From the NCBI GenBank assembly GCA_964360175.1, contig CAYHUI010000001.1, positions 16,855 to 61,767 of the forward strand: 44,913 nucleotides of DNA, in the 5' to 3' direction. The stretch comes from Candidatus Woesearchaeota archaeon. GTDB taxonomy: Archaea; Nanobdellota; Nanobdellia; SCGC-AAA011-G17; CAYHUI01. Below the pieces are notes generated by a model. That model was not told where the DNA came from. It saw only the letters and a program-made list of their open reading frames with translations, and did no database searches. Made by a program: the position numbers and the translations under genes. Below are positions 1 through 9,790 of this stretch, piece by piece; the first letter of the stretch is position 1, and each line of letters begins with the position of its first letter.

Positions 1-1
1 T

Positions 2-1498
2 AAAGCTACTACAGAAACTGTTGCTGAGGTTCCTTATAAAGTTGGAAAGGGAGGGAGAAACCCAATTCTAGAAGTTTTTGATAAAATATTTACATGGTTT
101 TTTGGTTTAGCTAAAATTATTGCTACACTTTTAATAGTTTTTTTAGTAATAGTAATTCCAGTTAGACTTTATGTCACAGGAACAACTGATTATGCTCTAA
201 CAAAATCAGGAGTCGTATTAACAGATACAGGAACACCAATAGCTGCTAGAACAGGTTTTGCAAAAGTAATAGACTTAATTTGGAATCCTTATAAACCAAT
301 TACAGAAGGTTCTTTTGATATAGAACAATCTAATACTAAAAAATTTGTAGAGATAACAAAAGTAACTGCTATAAGAAAATTTCAATCAGGAGAACTTATT
401 ATAGTAGCTGCTAATTTTATGGCCCATAATTTAGAAAAAGATTCTAAAGCTGGTGTTTCTGCTAAACTTCCTGAATATGAAAGCCAATCTGACATACAAC
501 CCCCTATAATTGAGCTTCCAATAAAAGAAGGTGCTGAAAAAAATATAATTATTATACCAAAAGAACAAGAATATCCTTTTACAGCAACTATTTTATTTCC
601 AGATGGTATTAAAACAACACAATCTATAGAAGGAGCTAGTGGTAAAGTTATGCTTACTTACGAAGCTACATCTAAATCAAGTTGGAAAGCATATCAACTT
701 CATTCTAGTATAACAGGAGACGAACGTTTTAAACTTCTTAAACAACTTAACGATCCTTTAATAACATCTAATGGTATAGGTAAATCAGCATTAGCTTATG
801 ATAGCCCTATTAAAATTACTTTTACAGTAGACCAGATACAACCTTTTGAAGAAGATACATTTTATTTTTTTATGGTAGACTTAAGAAAAGATGTATTAAG
901 TGAAGGTAATATAAAAGAACTTAATAAACTTTTATTATACGTTCCTCCAAATATAGAATTAGATCCTGACACAAGATTTTGTAATTTCGAGAAAACAGAT
1001 ACAGAAACAGGAGATATTAAATTGTATAAAGCTACAGCTTCATTTTTAAATTTTGTAAGTAAAGATTGTGATGCTCGTGGTGTAAATAAAAAAGAATGTG
1101 AATCAATATATAAAGAAGAGAATCACGCAGTTTGTAAATTTAAATTTACAGACCTTTCTTCAGAACAAAAAGTTCCAACTTTTGTAGAATTTAAAGCATA
1201 TGCAGAATATAAATTTATTATAGAAAAACCTTTCTTTGTAGGTTTAATTCCAACAAAAACTACAACTAGTACAGATGCATGTAAACCTATAATTGATAAA
1301 GATAAATGTATAGAGTTAAAAGGTTGCAGACCTGTCTTTAAAGAACAGACAAATGATTTTAGTTATTGTGAGGAATGTCCATTAGATTTATTAAAATGTT
1401 CTGATTATCCTAATGAAAATGATTGCACTAATGATTATTGTAGTTTAGGAGAATGTAAATGGGAAACAAGCATCTGTAAAGAAGAGGCTATAGCATAA
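2..1498 (+). CDS. Membrane-anchored, Cys-rich secreted protein, 5'-partial (reading frame open from the window start)
   Basis: The frame of the 419 ORF has no stop back to position 2 (KATTETVAEVPY...FTWFFGLAKIIATLLIVFLVIVIPVRLY...), adding a TM helix upstream of the listed Met. C-terminus is Cys-rich. Confidence 0.75.
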   Translation, partial: KATTETVAEVPYKVGKGGRNPILEVFDKIFTWFFGLAKIIATLLIVFLVIVIPVRLYVTGTTDYALTKSGVVLTDTGTPIAARTGFAKVIDLIWNPYKPITEGSFDIEQSNTKKFVEITKVTAIRKFQSGELIIVAANFMAHNLEKDSKAGVSAKLPEYESQSDIQPPIIELPIKEGAEKNIIIIPKEQEYPFTATILFPDGIKTTQSIEGASGKVMLTYEATSKSSWKAYQLHSSITGDERFKLLKQLNDPLITSNGIGKSALAYDSPIKITFTVDQIQPFEEDTFYFFMVDLRKDVLSEGNIKELNKLLLYVPPNIELDPDTRFCNFEKTDTETGDIKLYKATASFLNFVSKDCDARGVNKKECESIYKEENHAVCKFKFTDLSSEQKVPTFVEFKAYAEYKFIIEKPFFVGLIPTKTTTSTDACKPIIDKDKCIELKGCRPVFKEQTNDFSYCEECPLDLLKCSDYPNENDCTNDYCSLGECKWETSICKEEAIA

Positions 1499-1500
1499 AA

Positions 1501-2412
1501 ATGAAAAAAATAATTTTAATCATCTTAATAACATTTTTAATAATTTTAACCGTTGGTTGTAAACAAAAAGAGATCAAAGTTGGAGGCTTGACTGCAAAAT
1601 TAGAATTTTATCCAACTTCTGAAATAATAAAATCAGATTCTACAATAGATGTCTGGGTAAATCTAGAAAGTAAAGAAATTCATGATATTGATGGAAGGAT
1701 ATGTATTTATGACAGTCCCGATGACGCTCAGTTCGGCGGTATTGAAGGATCAGCTTGTGAAGATTTTAAAATACCAGCTGTTACTGAAAAAGGCGATGCT
1801 AAAACAATAGACGTTAAACCAGTTGAAGCAACAGACATAATATATAAAAAAGGATCTAATCTTAAATCTACTTCTTTTACAGCATTGATTAAGTATAAGA
1901 AAGAAGAAACAGCGAGGTCTAATCCATTCTGTATTCGTAGATATAAAGATGATCCAGCTAATAAATGTAATCTTTTACAAAAAGTATACTTTCAAAAATA
2001 CTCTGTTGTAAAGTCTCTTGATAAATATTTATACGACCTTAAAGGTGATGATAATATTATTGATTTAGCTGTATTAGAAATTGTTTTTGAGGAGGATAAA
2101 GACTGCACTATAATACATCCTGATTTAGTCAATGATTTTAATTTAAATGCAGATGCTGAAGAATATAAAGAAAAAGAGATATATTTTGAAATAGAACTCG
2201 AGCAGTCTGGAATAACTTTAAATAGCGATTCAGAGGAATGCTCGATTGGAAAGGAATCTACTAAAAATCGAAAAGTTATTATATGTGAAGTAAATTTAGA
2301 TATTAATCAAGATTTTTATGAAAACGAACAATTAATTACAAAGTTTAGATACGGATGTGAATTGCCATTAATTTCAAAAATTGTAGAATTTAATGATAAA
2401 AAGGAGGCCTAA
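1501..2412 (+). CDS. Putative lipoprotein / surface protein of unknown function
   Basis: N-terminus MKKIILIILITFLIILTVGC is a basic-hydrophobic-lipobox-like signal; 2 nt after the upstream stop. Confidence 0.75.
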   Translation: MKKIILIILITFLIILTVGCKQKEIKVGGLTAKLEFYPTSEIIKSDSTIDVWVNLESKEIHDIDGRICIYDSPDDAQFGGIEGSACEDFKIPAVTEKGDAKTIDVKPVEATDIIYKKGSNLKSTSFTALIKYKKEETARSNPFCIRRYKDDPANKCNLLQKVYFQKYSVVKSLDKYLYDLKGDDNIIDLAVLEIVFEEDKDCTIIHPDLVNDFNLNADAEEYKEKEIYFEIELEQSGITLNSDSEECSIGKESTKNRKVIICEVNLDINQDFYENEQLITKFRYGCELPLISKIVEFNDKKEA

Positions 2413-2414
2413 AG

Positions 2415-3332
2415 TTGAATAAAAATTACATAATTTTATTTTTAATTTTAGTTATATTTATTTCTGGTTGCAAACAAGCTACTGACAAAACAGAAGGTCC
2501 ATTTAAAGGCGGGAATTCTGGAGTAGATATTAGCTTTGTTGAAGGCACTCCCCCTTCTAACTTTAATCAAGATCAAACTGTCCCTGTAAAAGTTTCTGTT
2601 AAAAATAACGGCGAACATGATTTAGCAACTGGTGTTGTAAAAGCAAAATTATTTGGAGTTATTTTAGATAATTTTGGTTTAACTTCTAGTTATAAAGTTG
2701 CTGAAGGTAATTTAAGAGGCATTAGCGAATTTATTACAGAAGGGGCTGAACGTGAAATTAATTTGGGAAATATGCATTATAATTTAGACGTAGTTAATTT
2801 TAAAACATTTAATCTAAGAGCGCAAGTTTGCTATCCTTATCAAACTAAATCACATATTACAACTTGTGTTAGCTCAACTCAAATAAAAGAAACTGGAAAA
2901 GAAATTTGTTCTACTGAAGGGGAAAAAGTTACTAAAGGAAGTGTTTCAAGTGCTCCTGTACAGATTACTTCATTAAAAGAGCAAGTAAGAGGATCTGATC
3001 AAATTGTTTATGATATTACTATAGAAAATAAAGGTAATGGTATTATTTATGATACAACTATAACTTGTGAACAACTAGAAGACGCAGTTCAAAGAGGAAC
3101 AGCCCAGAGTATTGTTAAATTAGAAGTTCTACCAGCAGATATAAGATGCGGATTTTTAGAAGGCGAAGGTAATAAAGGAGAAGTAAAATTAATTAGCAAT
3201 AAAAAAACTTTAAGCTGCATACAAACTATAAAAGATACAACAAGCAGCGCAGAACAAGATATTTCAATAACTTTGGATTATATGTATGTTAGCGATACTT
3301 CAAAAGAGATTAAGATATTCGAGACTGTTTAA
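2415..3332 (+). CDS. Putative lipoprotein / surface protein (beta-rich, CYPYQT motif)
   Basis: TTG start preceded by AAGGAGG; lipobox-like FISGC; beta-strand patterns with paired Cys. Confidence 0.75.
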   Translation: MNKNYIILFLILVIFISGCKQATDKTEGPFKGGNSGVDISFVEGTPPSNFNQDQTVPVKVSVKNNGEHDLATGVVKAKLFGVILDNFGLTSSYKVAEGNLRGISEFITEGAEREINLGNMHYNLDVVNFKTFNLRAQVCYPYQTKSHITTCVSSTQIKETGKEICSTEGEKVTKGSVSSAPVQITSLKEQVRGSDQIVYDITIENKGNGIIYDTTITCEQLEDAVQRGTAQSIVKLEVLPADIRCGFLEGEGNKGEVKLISNKKTLSCIQTIKDTTSSAEQDISITLDYMYVSDTSKEIKIFETV

Positions 3333-3485
3333 ATTTTTCTAATCTATGAGCATAAATACAATCACTGTGTCTTGCTTTAAACTTCAAATACTACATGCCG
3401 TATATACACGGTTTGCGATTTAAATAAATTTCTAGGATTATAGTGTTAAGGCTTTCACAACACCCTTGCCTTCACTTCAAAGCCG

Positions 3486-3526
3486 TACCCCTACAAAATA
3501 GAAATGTTTATAAATATGTAGGGGTA
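3486..3526 (+). promoter_or_regulatory. Fic gene promoter: TATA box flanked by a perfect 10-bp inverted repeat (putative operator)
   Basis: TACCCCTACA (3486-3495) and TGTAGGGGTA (3517-3526) surround TTTATAAATA (3507-3516); ATG at 3536. Confidence 0.7.
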
Positions 3527-3535
3527 TAGGTATTT

Positions 3536-4486
3536 ATGTTTATTAGAAGTAGAATAATTAATGGAAAGAGAAGGGATTACTTAGAGAGTTCAATAAGACT
3601 GATAAACGGTAAGATCAAAAAATATTCTCTTTACTTAAAAAATTATAGACTGAGTAAGAATGATTTAGGACATTATAATATATTATTAAAGAATAAAATA
3701 ACTGAAGAACTTCTAAATTTTGCATCAAAATATTACAAGAAAGACTATATCTTTGATGAAAATTTAGTTAAAAAATTAGAAGAGATAAAGTTAAGTTATA
3801 AGGAAATCATTAAAAAATTCAGCAAGAAACAGTTACAAGATGTTATAGACAGGTTTACTGTTAATTTCACATATGAGTCTAATTCTATCGAAGGGAATTC
3901 TCTCACATTAAAGGATGTAACTTTAGTTTTGCATGAAAAAAAAGCGATAAAAGGAAAAGACTTGAGAGAAATTTACGAAACATTAAACACAAGAGAGGCT
4001 ATGCAATTAATTTTCAATAACAAATTAAAGATAAATGAAAAAGACATAATTAAACTTCATAAAATTCTTGTTAAAGATACCGGCATAGCTACTGGTTATA
4101 AAAAATTACCTAATTTTTTATTAGGCAGAAATGTGGAAACAACCCCTCCTGAAAAAGTAAAACAAGAAATGAAGAAATTAATACAAGATTATGGGAGAAA
4201 CAAAACTATTCATCCTTTACAAAGAGCTGCGGTATTTCACGGAAAGTTTGAAAAAATTCATCCTTTTGAAGATGGAAACGGCAGAGTTGGTAGGCTTTTA
4301 ATAAATATAATGTTGTTAGATAATGGCTATCCGCCGATTATAATAAGAAAAACATATAGAATATCTTATTTTAATGCATTAGAAGCATTTGATAATAGTC
4401 ATAAAATTAAATTAGAGAGGTTTTTAATTGAAAAGTATAAAGAAACTTATAAAAAATTCTTTGAAGTTTATGTTAAGTATCTTTAA
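3536..4486 (+). CDS. Fic family protein (AMPylase-type) with N-terminal autoinhibitory motif
   Basis: Canonical HPFEDGNGRVGR motif; SNSIEGN matches the (S/T)xxxE(G/N) inhibitory helix. Confidence 0.92.
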   Translation: MFIRSRIINGKRRDYLESSIRLINGKIKKYSLYLKNYRLSKNDLGHYNILLKNKITEELLNFASKYYKKDYIFDENLVKKLEEIKLSYKEIIKKFSKKQLQDVIDRFTVNFTYESNSIEGNSLTLKDVTLVLHEKKAIKGKDLREIYETLNTREAMQLIFNNKLKINEKDIIKLHKILVKDTGIATGYKKLPNFLLGRNVETTPPEKVKQEMKKLIQDYGRNKTIHPLQRAAVFHGKFEKIHPFEDGNGRVGRLLINIMLLDNGYPPIIIRKTYRISYFNALEAFDNSHKIKLERFLIEKYKETYKKFFEVYVKYL

Positions 4487-4542
4487 ACTCTTTATGAAAA
4501 CCTAAAGTGTTTTAATATTTGATATGATATATAAGATATAAT

Positions 4543-4574
4543 AATTTATAAACCTTTCAATAAAAAATCCGAAA
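4543..4574 (-). repeat. 32-bp dispersed repeat, copy A (BRE/TATA-like on the minus strand)
   Basis: 30/32 identical to 27471-27502. Confidence 0.7.
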
Positions 4575-4643
4575 TCTTTCAGTGATTTATAAGGTTAAAT
4601 TTATAAACATTAAAAATTTTTAATTTACTAAGGGATTAATTTA

Positions 4644-5864
4644 ATGGAAATAATTGCAGATTTACAAATTCACAGCAGATATGCAAGAGCAACAAGCAAC
4701 CAAATTAGTATTGATAATCTAGAAAAATATGCAAAAATTAAAGGTGTTAATTTATTAGGAACAGGAGATTTTCAGCATCCAAAATGGTTTGAAGAAATTA
4801 ATAAAAATTTAACAGAAGATTCTAATGGAATTTTATATACAAAAAATAAATTTCCTTTTCTATGGCAAACAGAAGTTAGCTTAATGTACAGTCAAGACGG
4901 AAAAAGAAGAGCGGTTCATCTTTTAATTTTTTCTCCTAATACAGAAATTAGTAACAAAATAATAAAATATTTAGGAAGTAAGGGAAGATTAGATTATGAT
5001 GGCAGACCAATTTTTGGAGTTTCTTGTATAGATATTGTAAAAGATTTGAAAGAGATTGATGATAAAATAGAAATTATACCCGCTCATTGTATGACCCCTT
5101 TCTTCGGAATTTTTGGAAGTAAAAGTGGTTTTAATTCATTAGCAGACTGTTTTAAAGATCAAGTAAATAAAATTTATGCTATTGAATCAGGAATGAGTGC
5201 TACTCCAGATATGTTATGGCGCTTTAAAGAAAATATTAATATTGTTAGTTTCAGCGATGCACATAGTTTCTGGCCATGGCGTTTAGGTAGAGAAGCAACT
5301 ATTTTTGATATTCCAAAATTAAATTACGATAATATAATTAAAGCAATAAGAACCGGACAAGGATTAAAATCAACAATTGAAACTTTTGCAGAATATGGAA
5401 AGTATCACTGGGATGGTCATAGAAACTGTAATTTTTCTTGCTCATCAGAAGAAACTAAAAAATTAAATGGGATATGTCCAAAATGTAAAAAACCTTTGAC
5501 TGTTGGTGTTGAATATAGAGTTGAAGAAATTGCTAAAGAACCACAAGGCTATAAACCTAAAAATTTTATTCCATTTAAAACTTTACTTCCTTTATCAGAA
5601 TTAATTGCTGCTTTTCATGGTATTAATCAATTATATTCAAAAAAAGTTTGGGAAACCTATAATAATCTAATTAAGAATTTTAACTCTGAGTTTAATATTT
5701 TATTAGATGTTGATGCAGAAGACTTAAAAAAAGTCGTTGATGAGAAATTAGCAGATTTAATCATTAAAAACAGAGAAGGAAAGTTAGAAGTTAAACCAGG
5801 CTACGACGGTGTTTATGGAGAATTAGTTTATAAAAAAAGTGAAAAACAGAAAAAACTTATTTAA
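4644..5864 (+). CDS. endoQ: Endonuclease Q family protein (PHP domain + Zn finger)
   Basis: DLQIHSRYARATS, GTGDF, SDAHS, GREA, GKYHWDGHRNC, CPKC...GVEYRV and PGYDGVYG motifs. Confidence 0.85.
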   Translation: MEIIADLQIHSRYARATSNQISIDNLEKYAKIKGVNLLGTGDFQHPKWFEEINKNLTEDSNGILYTKNKFPFLWQTEVSLMYSQDGKRRAVHLLIFSPNTEISNKIIKYLGSKGRLDYDGRPIFGVSCIDIVKDLKEIDDKIEIIPAHCMTPFFGIFGSKSGFNSLADCFKDQVNKIYAIESGMSATPDMLWRFKENINIVSFSDAHSFWPWRLGREATIFDIPKLNYDNIIKAIRTGQGLKSTIETFAEYGKYHWDGHRNCNFSCSSEETKKLNGICPKCKKPLTVGVEYRVEEIAKEPQGYKPKNFIPFKTLLPLSELIAAFHGINQLYSKKVWETYNNLIKNFNSEFNILLDVDAEDLKKVVDEKLADLIIKNREGKLEVKPGYDGVYGELVYKKSEKQKKLI

Positions 5865-6640
5865 CCAATATAATTTAAGTCATCTTCATCAATTTTTTGT
5901 ATTGGTAATTTTTTATTAACTCTCCTATCTGTAAATGTTTTTCTAATTTGTTTTTCTATTTCATTAATCTCATCATCTAGTTCTTTTAAATTTAATTTTA
6001 ATCCTAATTTTTTATTTAATACTTTCAATATTTCTCTAGAACCTTTAATACCTAAAAAAGTTGGATGACCAAATGTTTCCGCTAATAAAGAGATTGCCGG
6101 TATTTTTCTTCTTCCAGCTAATCCAATTAGTAAACCAGAAACACCAACTATCGGTCCAACAACACCATGTATATTATTACTAACCATTCGAGATTTATAT
6201 TTATCAATAATCTTTGAATCATTTCCAGTACAATACAATTTTGGGTTCTTTGGAATTTGTTTTAAACCAATACCTCCTAAAGTAATAATCTCTTTACCTT
6301 TATTCTTTTCAAATATATCTAAAATCTCATTGCAGAATTCATAACAAGATTTTTCATCTAACGGTTGGATATCCCCTGTAATAAAAACTAACGTTTTATT
6401 TTTTAGTTTCTTCTGAAAAACTTCAATTACTGGTAACTCAACTAAATTATCTTCATTTACAAATACACAATTTGGAAAAGAATGAGAATAAATCTCAAAA
6501 ACTTTTTCTGCTTTTAATCTGTCTATCAGAAAATCGACGGCAATCTTACCTACATTACCCATTCCAGGTAAACCGGTTATCATTATAGGGTTTATATCTT
6601 CTAATTTTTTTAATTGATTTATTTGCCAGCTCATTTCCAT
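5861..6640 (-). CDS. PAC2 family proteasome assembly chaperone
   Basis: GLPGMGNVGKIA, IITLGG, GPIVGVSGLL; conserved position downstream of aIF2a-nop10. Confidence 0.88.
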   Translation of the reverse strand: MEMSWQINQLKKLEDINPIMITGLPGMGNVGKIAVDFLIDRLKAEKVFEIYSHSFPNCVFVNEDNLVELPVIEVFQKKLKNKTLVFITGDIQPLDEKSCYEFCNEILDIFEKNKGKEIITLGGIGLKQIPKNPKLYCTGNDSKIIDKYKSRMVSNNIHGVVGPIVGVSGLLIGLAGRRKIPAISLLAETFGHPTFLGIKGSREILKVLNKKLGLKLNLKELDDEINEIEKQIRKTFTDRRVNKKLPIQKIDEDDLNYIG

Positions 6641-6700
6641 ATAATCTTTATATCTTAAATCTTTATAAATATTATGGTAATTTTTTATAACTTTTTAAGG

Positions 6701-6862
6701 TTACATGATTTTTTCTTTATAAACTCGTCTATACTTGCCAAATTTATCATCCAAACTAAATTTAGCCGGTTTTGTTGTAATACATTCAGAATTGCAAACA
6801 CTACAAATTTTTTTAAAAGTATAATCATAACATTTCACACATCTTAATATTTCTTTTTTCAT
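6701..6862 (-). CDS. nop10: H/ACA RNP protein Nop10 (53 aa, not in ORF track)
   Basis: Translated by hand: MKKEILRCVKCYDYTFKKICSVCNSECITTKPAKFSLDDKFGKYRRVYKEKIM. Zn ribbon plus PAKFSxDDKFGKYRR; ATGA overlap with the aIF2a stop. Confidence 0.93.
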   Translation of the reverse strand: MKKEILRCVKCYDYTFKKICSVCNSECITTKPAKFSLDDKFGKYRRVYKEKIM

Positions 6863-7647
6863 TTCTCTTTACCTAAAAATTCACCAACACCTTTATTATC
6901 CTTTATTTTATTTAAGGCAAAATCAACAATCTCTTTTAAAGTAGCTTCTGCTGATTTGTAATTAGTAGAATCAATATTAATCCTATATCTAGGAGCACTT
7001 ATATAGGAAATTTCTACTTTATCTTCTTTACTTATTTTTTCTGCATCTATCAAAATTTTTTTAATGAGTTCTATACCATTTGGTAAATTATTTTGTAAAG
7101 ATATTAAAGCAGATATTTTTATTCTGGATGGCTTCATACGTTCGTTAACTATCTCTAATAAAATTTTCTCTATTTTATCAGATAATTTAAGTTCTTTTAT
7201 CAACGCACCATTTAATAATAACTCTTGAAAATAAGAGTTTAAATTTTCATATTTATTGATTATATCATAACCAAATTTTTTATATACATCTTCTAAACTT
7301 ATATCAAGTTTTTTTGCAACACTGCTTAATATTTTTTCTGCTTTTTGTGCTTGTTTGTATTCATTAATCTTATTTATTCTTTGACCTTGATTAACTCTTC
7401 TTAAAGATAAATCAATATGCCCTTTTTCTTCATCAACTTTTAAAACTTTACAAACAATCTTTTTTCCTTCTTTTACGTAATCTCTAATATTTCTAATACG
7501 CCCAGGAGAAACTTCAGATATATGTAACAAACCTTCTAACTTTTTGTATTCATCTAAATCAACGAAAACAGAATGAAATAAAATTTTTTTGATAGTACAT
7601 AAAACAATATCACTTTCTTGGGGAATACCCTCTTTTTTATAGAACAT
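6859..7647 (-). CDS. eif2a: Translation initiation factor aIF2 alpha subunit
   Basis: S1 domain (LHISEVSPGRIRNIRDYV, KGHIDLSLRRV), SAPRYRI; operon context. Confidence 0.95.
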   Translation of the reverse strand: MFYKKEGIPQESDIVLCTIKKILFHSVFVDLDEYKKLEGLLHISEVSPGRIRNIRDYVKEGKKIVCKVLKVDEEKGHIDLSLRRVNQGQRINKINEYKQAQKAEKILSSVAKKLDISLEDVYKKFGYDIINKYENLNSYFQELLLNGALIKELKLSDKIEKILLEIVNERMKPSRIKISALISLQNNLPNGIELIKKILIDAEKISKEDKVEISYISAPRYRINIDSTNYKSAEATLKEIVDFALNKIKDNKGVGEFLGKEK

Positions 7648-7832
7648 TAACTTAATACCTCCAAAATTCTTGATTTAATCCTCCCCTTTCCTCCTGCTGG
7701 TTCTACTAAAATTTTTTCACAAACTAAACATTTTATTTTAGTCGATGGTTTTCCAAATACTATTTGTTCATTTTTACATTTAGAACATCTTACCTTTATA
7801 AATTTACTATTTGGTTCTCTTATAATCCCCAT
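7647..7832 (-). CDS. rps27e: 30S ribosomal protein S27e
   Basis: SKFIKVRCSKCKNEQIVF...CLVC...PAGGKG. Confidence 0.96.
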   Translation of the reverse strand: MGIIREPNSKFIKVRCSKCKNEQIVFGKPSTKIKCLVCEKILVEPAGGKGRIKSRILEVLS

Positions 7833-7833
7833 T

Positions 7834-8142
7834 TTATATTAACTCCAATTTTTTAGTTCTTATACCTTTTCGTTGAAGTGTTGATTTTTTGCAAACACTA
7901 CAAGTGTACATTATATTTGTTTTTTTACTAGATTTTGCTCCAATCATTTTTGGTTTTGTAGGTTTTGATCCCCATCTCCCTCTATTACCCATACCCCTAC
8001 CTAAACCCCTTTTTCTAGCTCTACTTATAGAACCTCTTTTTAAAGATCCTCTTTTTAGTCCAGTTTTTACTATAACTAATTTTTGTTGAGTATGTTTTTT
8101 ACAAAATTTACAATATCTTTTTAATGTTTTTACTTTTTTCAA
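7834..8142 (-). CDS. rpl44e: 50S ribosomal protein L44e
   Basis: RYCKFCKKHT...K.SKK...YTCSVCKK; adjacent to S27e. Confidence 0.93.
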   Translation of the reverse strand: MKKVKTLKRYCKFCKKHTQQKLVIVKTGLKRGSLKRGSISRARKRGLGRGMGNRGRWGSKPTKPKMIGAKSSKKTNIMYTCSVCKKSTLQRKGIRTKKLELI

Positions 8143-8735
8143 TTTTTAATTTCCTCTGCTCTATTATTTTTTATTAGTAAATCAGCTACATCTAATGGGA
8201 CATTAGCAACATCTTCTTTATCAAAAGGTCCATAAATATTTAAATCAGTTCCAACAAATTTAGGTATAACTTCTAGTATCCTTATCATTTTTGTATCTTC
8301 ATCGTCAGTTAGTATTTTAGTCTCCTCTTTATTTATAATCTTATCTAAAATACTATTTCTAAATAAACTAAGTTCCTTGATAAATACATTGTAAAATTCT
8401 TTTTCTTCAGGTAGCATCGCAGACATGTCATCTACCCATTCTTCATTTCTAGATGAAATCAAAGCTAAGTTTACTATCTTCGATTCTCTTTTTTCATAAA
8501 GCTCTTTCAACAATTTTTTTATTTGTTCTAGTTGATTTTTTGTTTTTTCTATTTCTGCTTTAAATATACTATCTTTACCCTCTTGAGATTTTAAAATATT
8601 TTGTTTTTCTTCTAAGTAAGAGGATACTTGATTAATAAAATCTTCATCTAATCTTTGTAATTCTGGTTTGCTTTTCTCCATTCTTAACAAATTAAATAAA
8701 GTTTCATACGTTATCATATTATCTTTCTCATTCAT
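8139..8735 (-). CDS. DNA replication GINS subunit (Gins15/Gins51 type)
   Basis: EKSKPELQRLDEDF, KRESKI, C-terminal IPKFVGTDLNIYGPF..DVANVP; conserved position upstream of L44e. Confidence 0.85.
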   Translation of the reverse strand: MNEKDNMITYETLFNLLRMEKSKPELQRLDEDFINQVSSYLEEKQNILKSQEGKDSIFKAEIEKTKNQLEQIKKLLKELYEKRESKIVNLALISSRNEEWVDDMSAMLPEEKEFYNVFIKELSLFRNSILDKIINKEETKILTDDEDTKMIRILEVIPKFVGTDLNIYGPFDKEDVANVPLDVADLLIKNNRAEEIKN

Positions 8736-8788
8736 TTTAAAGTATAATATTGGAATAAATTTTTAAAGGTTTTGAATTTCATATAACT

Positions 8789-9718
8789 ATGTTTAAGATA
8801 AAACAAATACCAGAAGACTTTAAAGTTAAAGAATTTATGAAATTTAAATTAGATAGAGGAGGATATTTATATTTCATTTTAAAAAAACGAAATTATAATA
8901 CATTAGATGCCATAGCACAAATATCAAATAAGTTAAAGGTTGATATAAAAAGATTCGGATTTGCAGGTAATAAAGATAAAAAAGCAATTACCCAACAATA
9001 TGTTTCTGTTTTTAATATAAATAAAGAAAATTTAGATAAATTGAATTTAAAAGATATAGAAATAAAATCTTTAGGTTATTCAGATAAACCAATAAGTATA
9101 GGTAGTTTAGACTATAACGAATTTGAGATTACAGTTAGAAATTTAGATAGTAAAAATTATAATGAATTTGATTATTTAGAGAATTATTTTGATGAGCAAA
9201 GATTTGGTTTTAATAAAAATAATCAATTAATTGGAAAAGCGATTATTAAAAAAGAATTTGAGAAAGCTTGTAAACTTTTGAATCTATATGTAAAAAATAA
9301 CGATTATATAAATGTATTAAAAAGTATCGGAATTAAAAAATTAAGATTTTATATACATGCATTTCAATCTGATTTATTTAATAAAGTTTTACAAGAATAT
9401 TTAAAACAAAATAAAGTTTCTAAGAATTTTAAAATACCTTTAATAAATTTTGATACAAGGTTTAAAGATAGAGTTTTAGAATGGATATATAAAAAAATTT
9501 TACAACAAGAAGATGTAAAATTAGAAGATTTTTTAATAAGACAATTACCAGAATTAATTTCAGATACTGTTGAAAGAAATGCTTTTGTTAAAATAAAGAA
9601 TTTTAAAATTGATTTTTATAAAGATGAATTAAATAAAGGAAGATTAAAAGCTGTTTTAAAGTTTAGATTACCTAAAGGAGCTTACGCAACTTTAGTTGTA
9701 AAAAAATTATTTAGTTAA
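8789..9718 (+). CDS. truD: tRNA pseudouridine(13) synthase TruD (compact form)
   Basis: KQIPEDFKVKE, FAGNKDKKAITQQ, NYFDEQRFG, HAFQS.LFN, F.LPKGAYAT. Confidence 0.92.
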   Translation: MFKIKQIPEDFKVKEFMKFKLDRGGYLYFILKKRNYNTLDAIAQISNKLKVDIKRFGFAGNKDKKAITQQYVSVFNINKENLDKLNLKDIEIKSLGYSDKPISIGSLDYNEFEITVRNLDSKNYNEFDYLENYFDEQRFGFNKNNQLIGKAIIKKEFEKACKLLNLYVKNNDYINVLKSIGIKKLRFYIHAFQSDLFNKVLQEYLKQNKVSKNFKIPLINFDTRFKDRVLEWIYKKILQQEDVKLEDFLIRQLPELISDTVERNAFVKIKNFKIDFYKDELNKGRLKAVLKFRLPKGAYATLVVKKLFS

Positions 9719-9790
9719 AAATTATCCACTTTAAAGTGATATCAATAGAAAGGTTTATATACTAACTATCATTAAAATTAATCTATAAAA

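Noticed and set aside
3484-3491. Minus-strand GGGGTACG matching the end of the putative VR (10454-10461)
   Set aside because: Only about 8 nt match, flanks do not align, and it largely overlaps the Fic operator half-site.
7889-8089. Plus-strand 66-aa ORF
   Set aside because: Antisense shadow of rpl44e.
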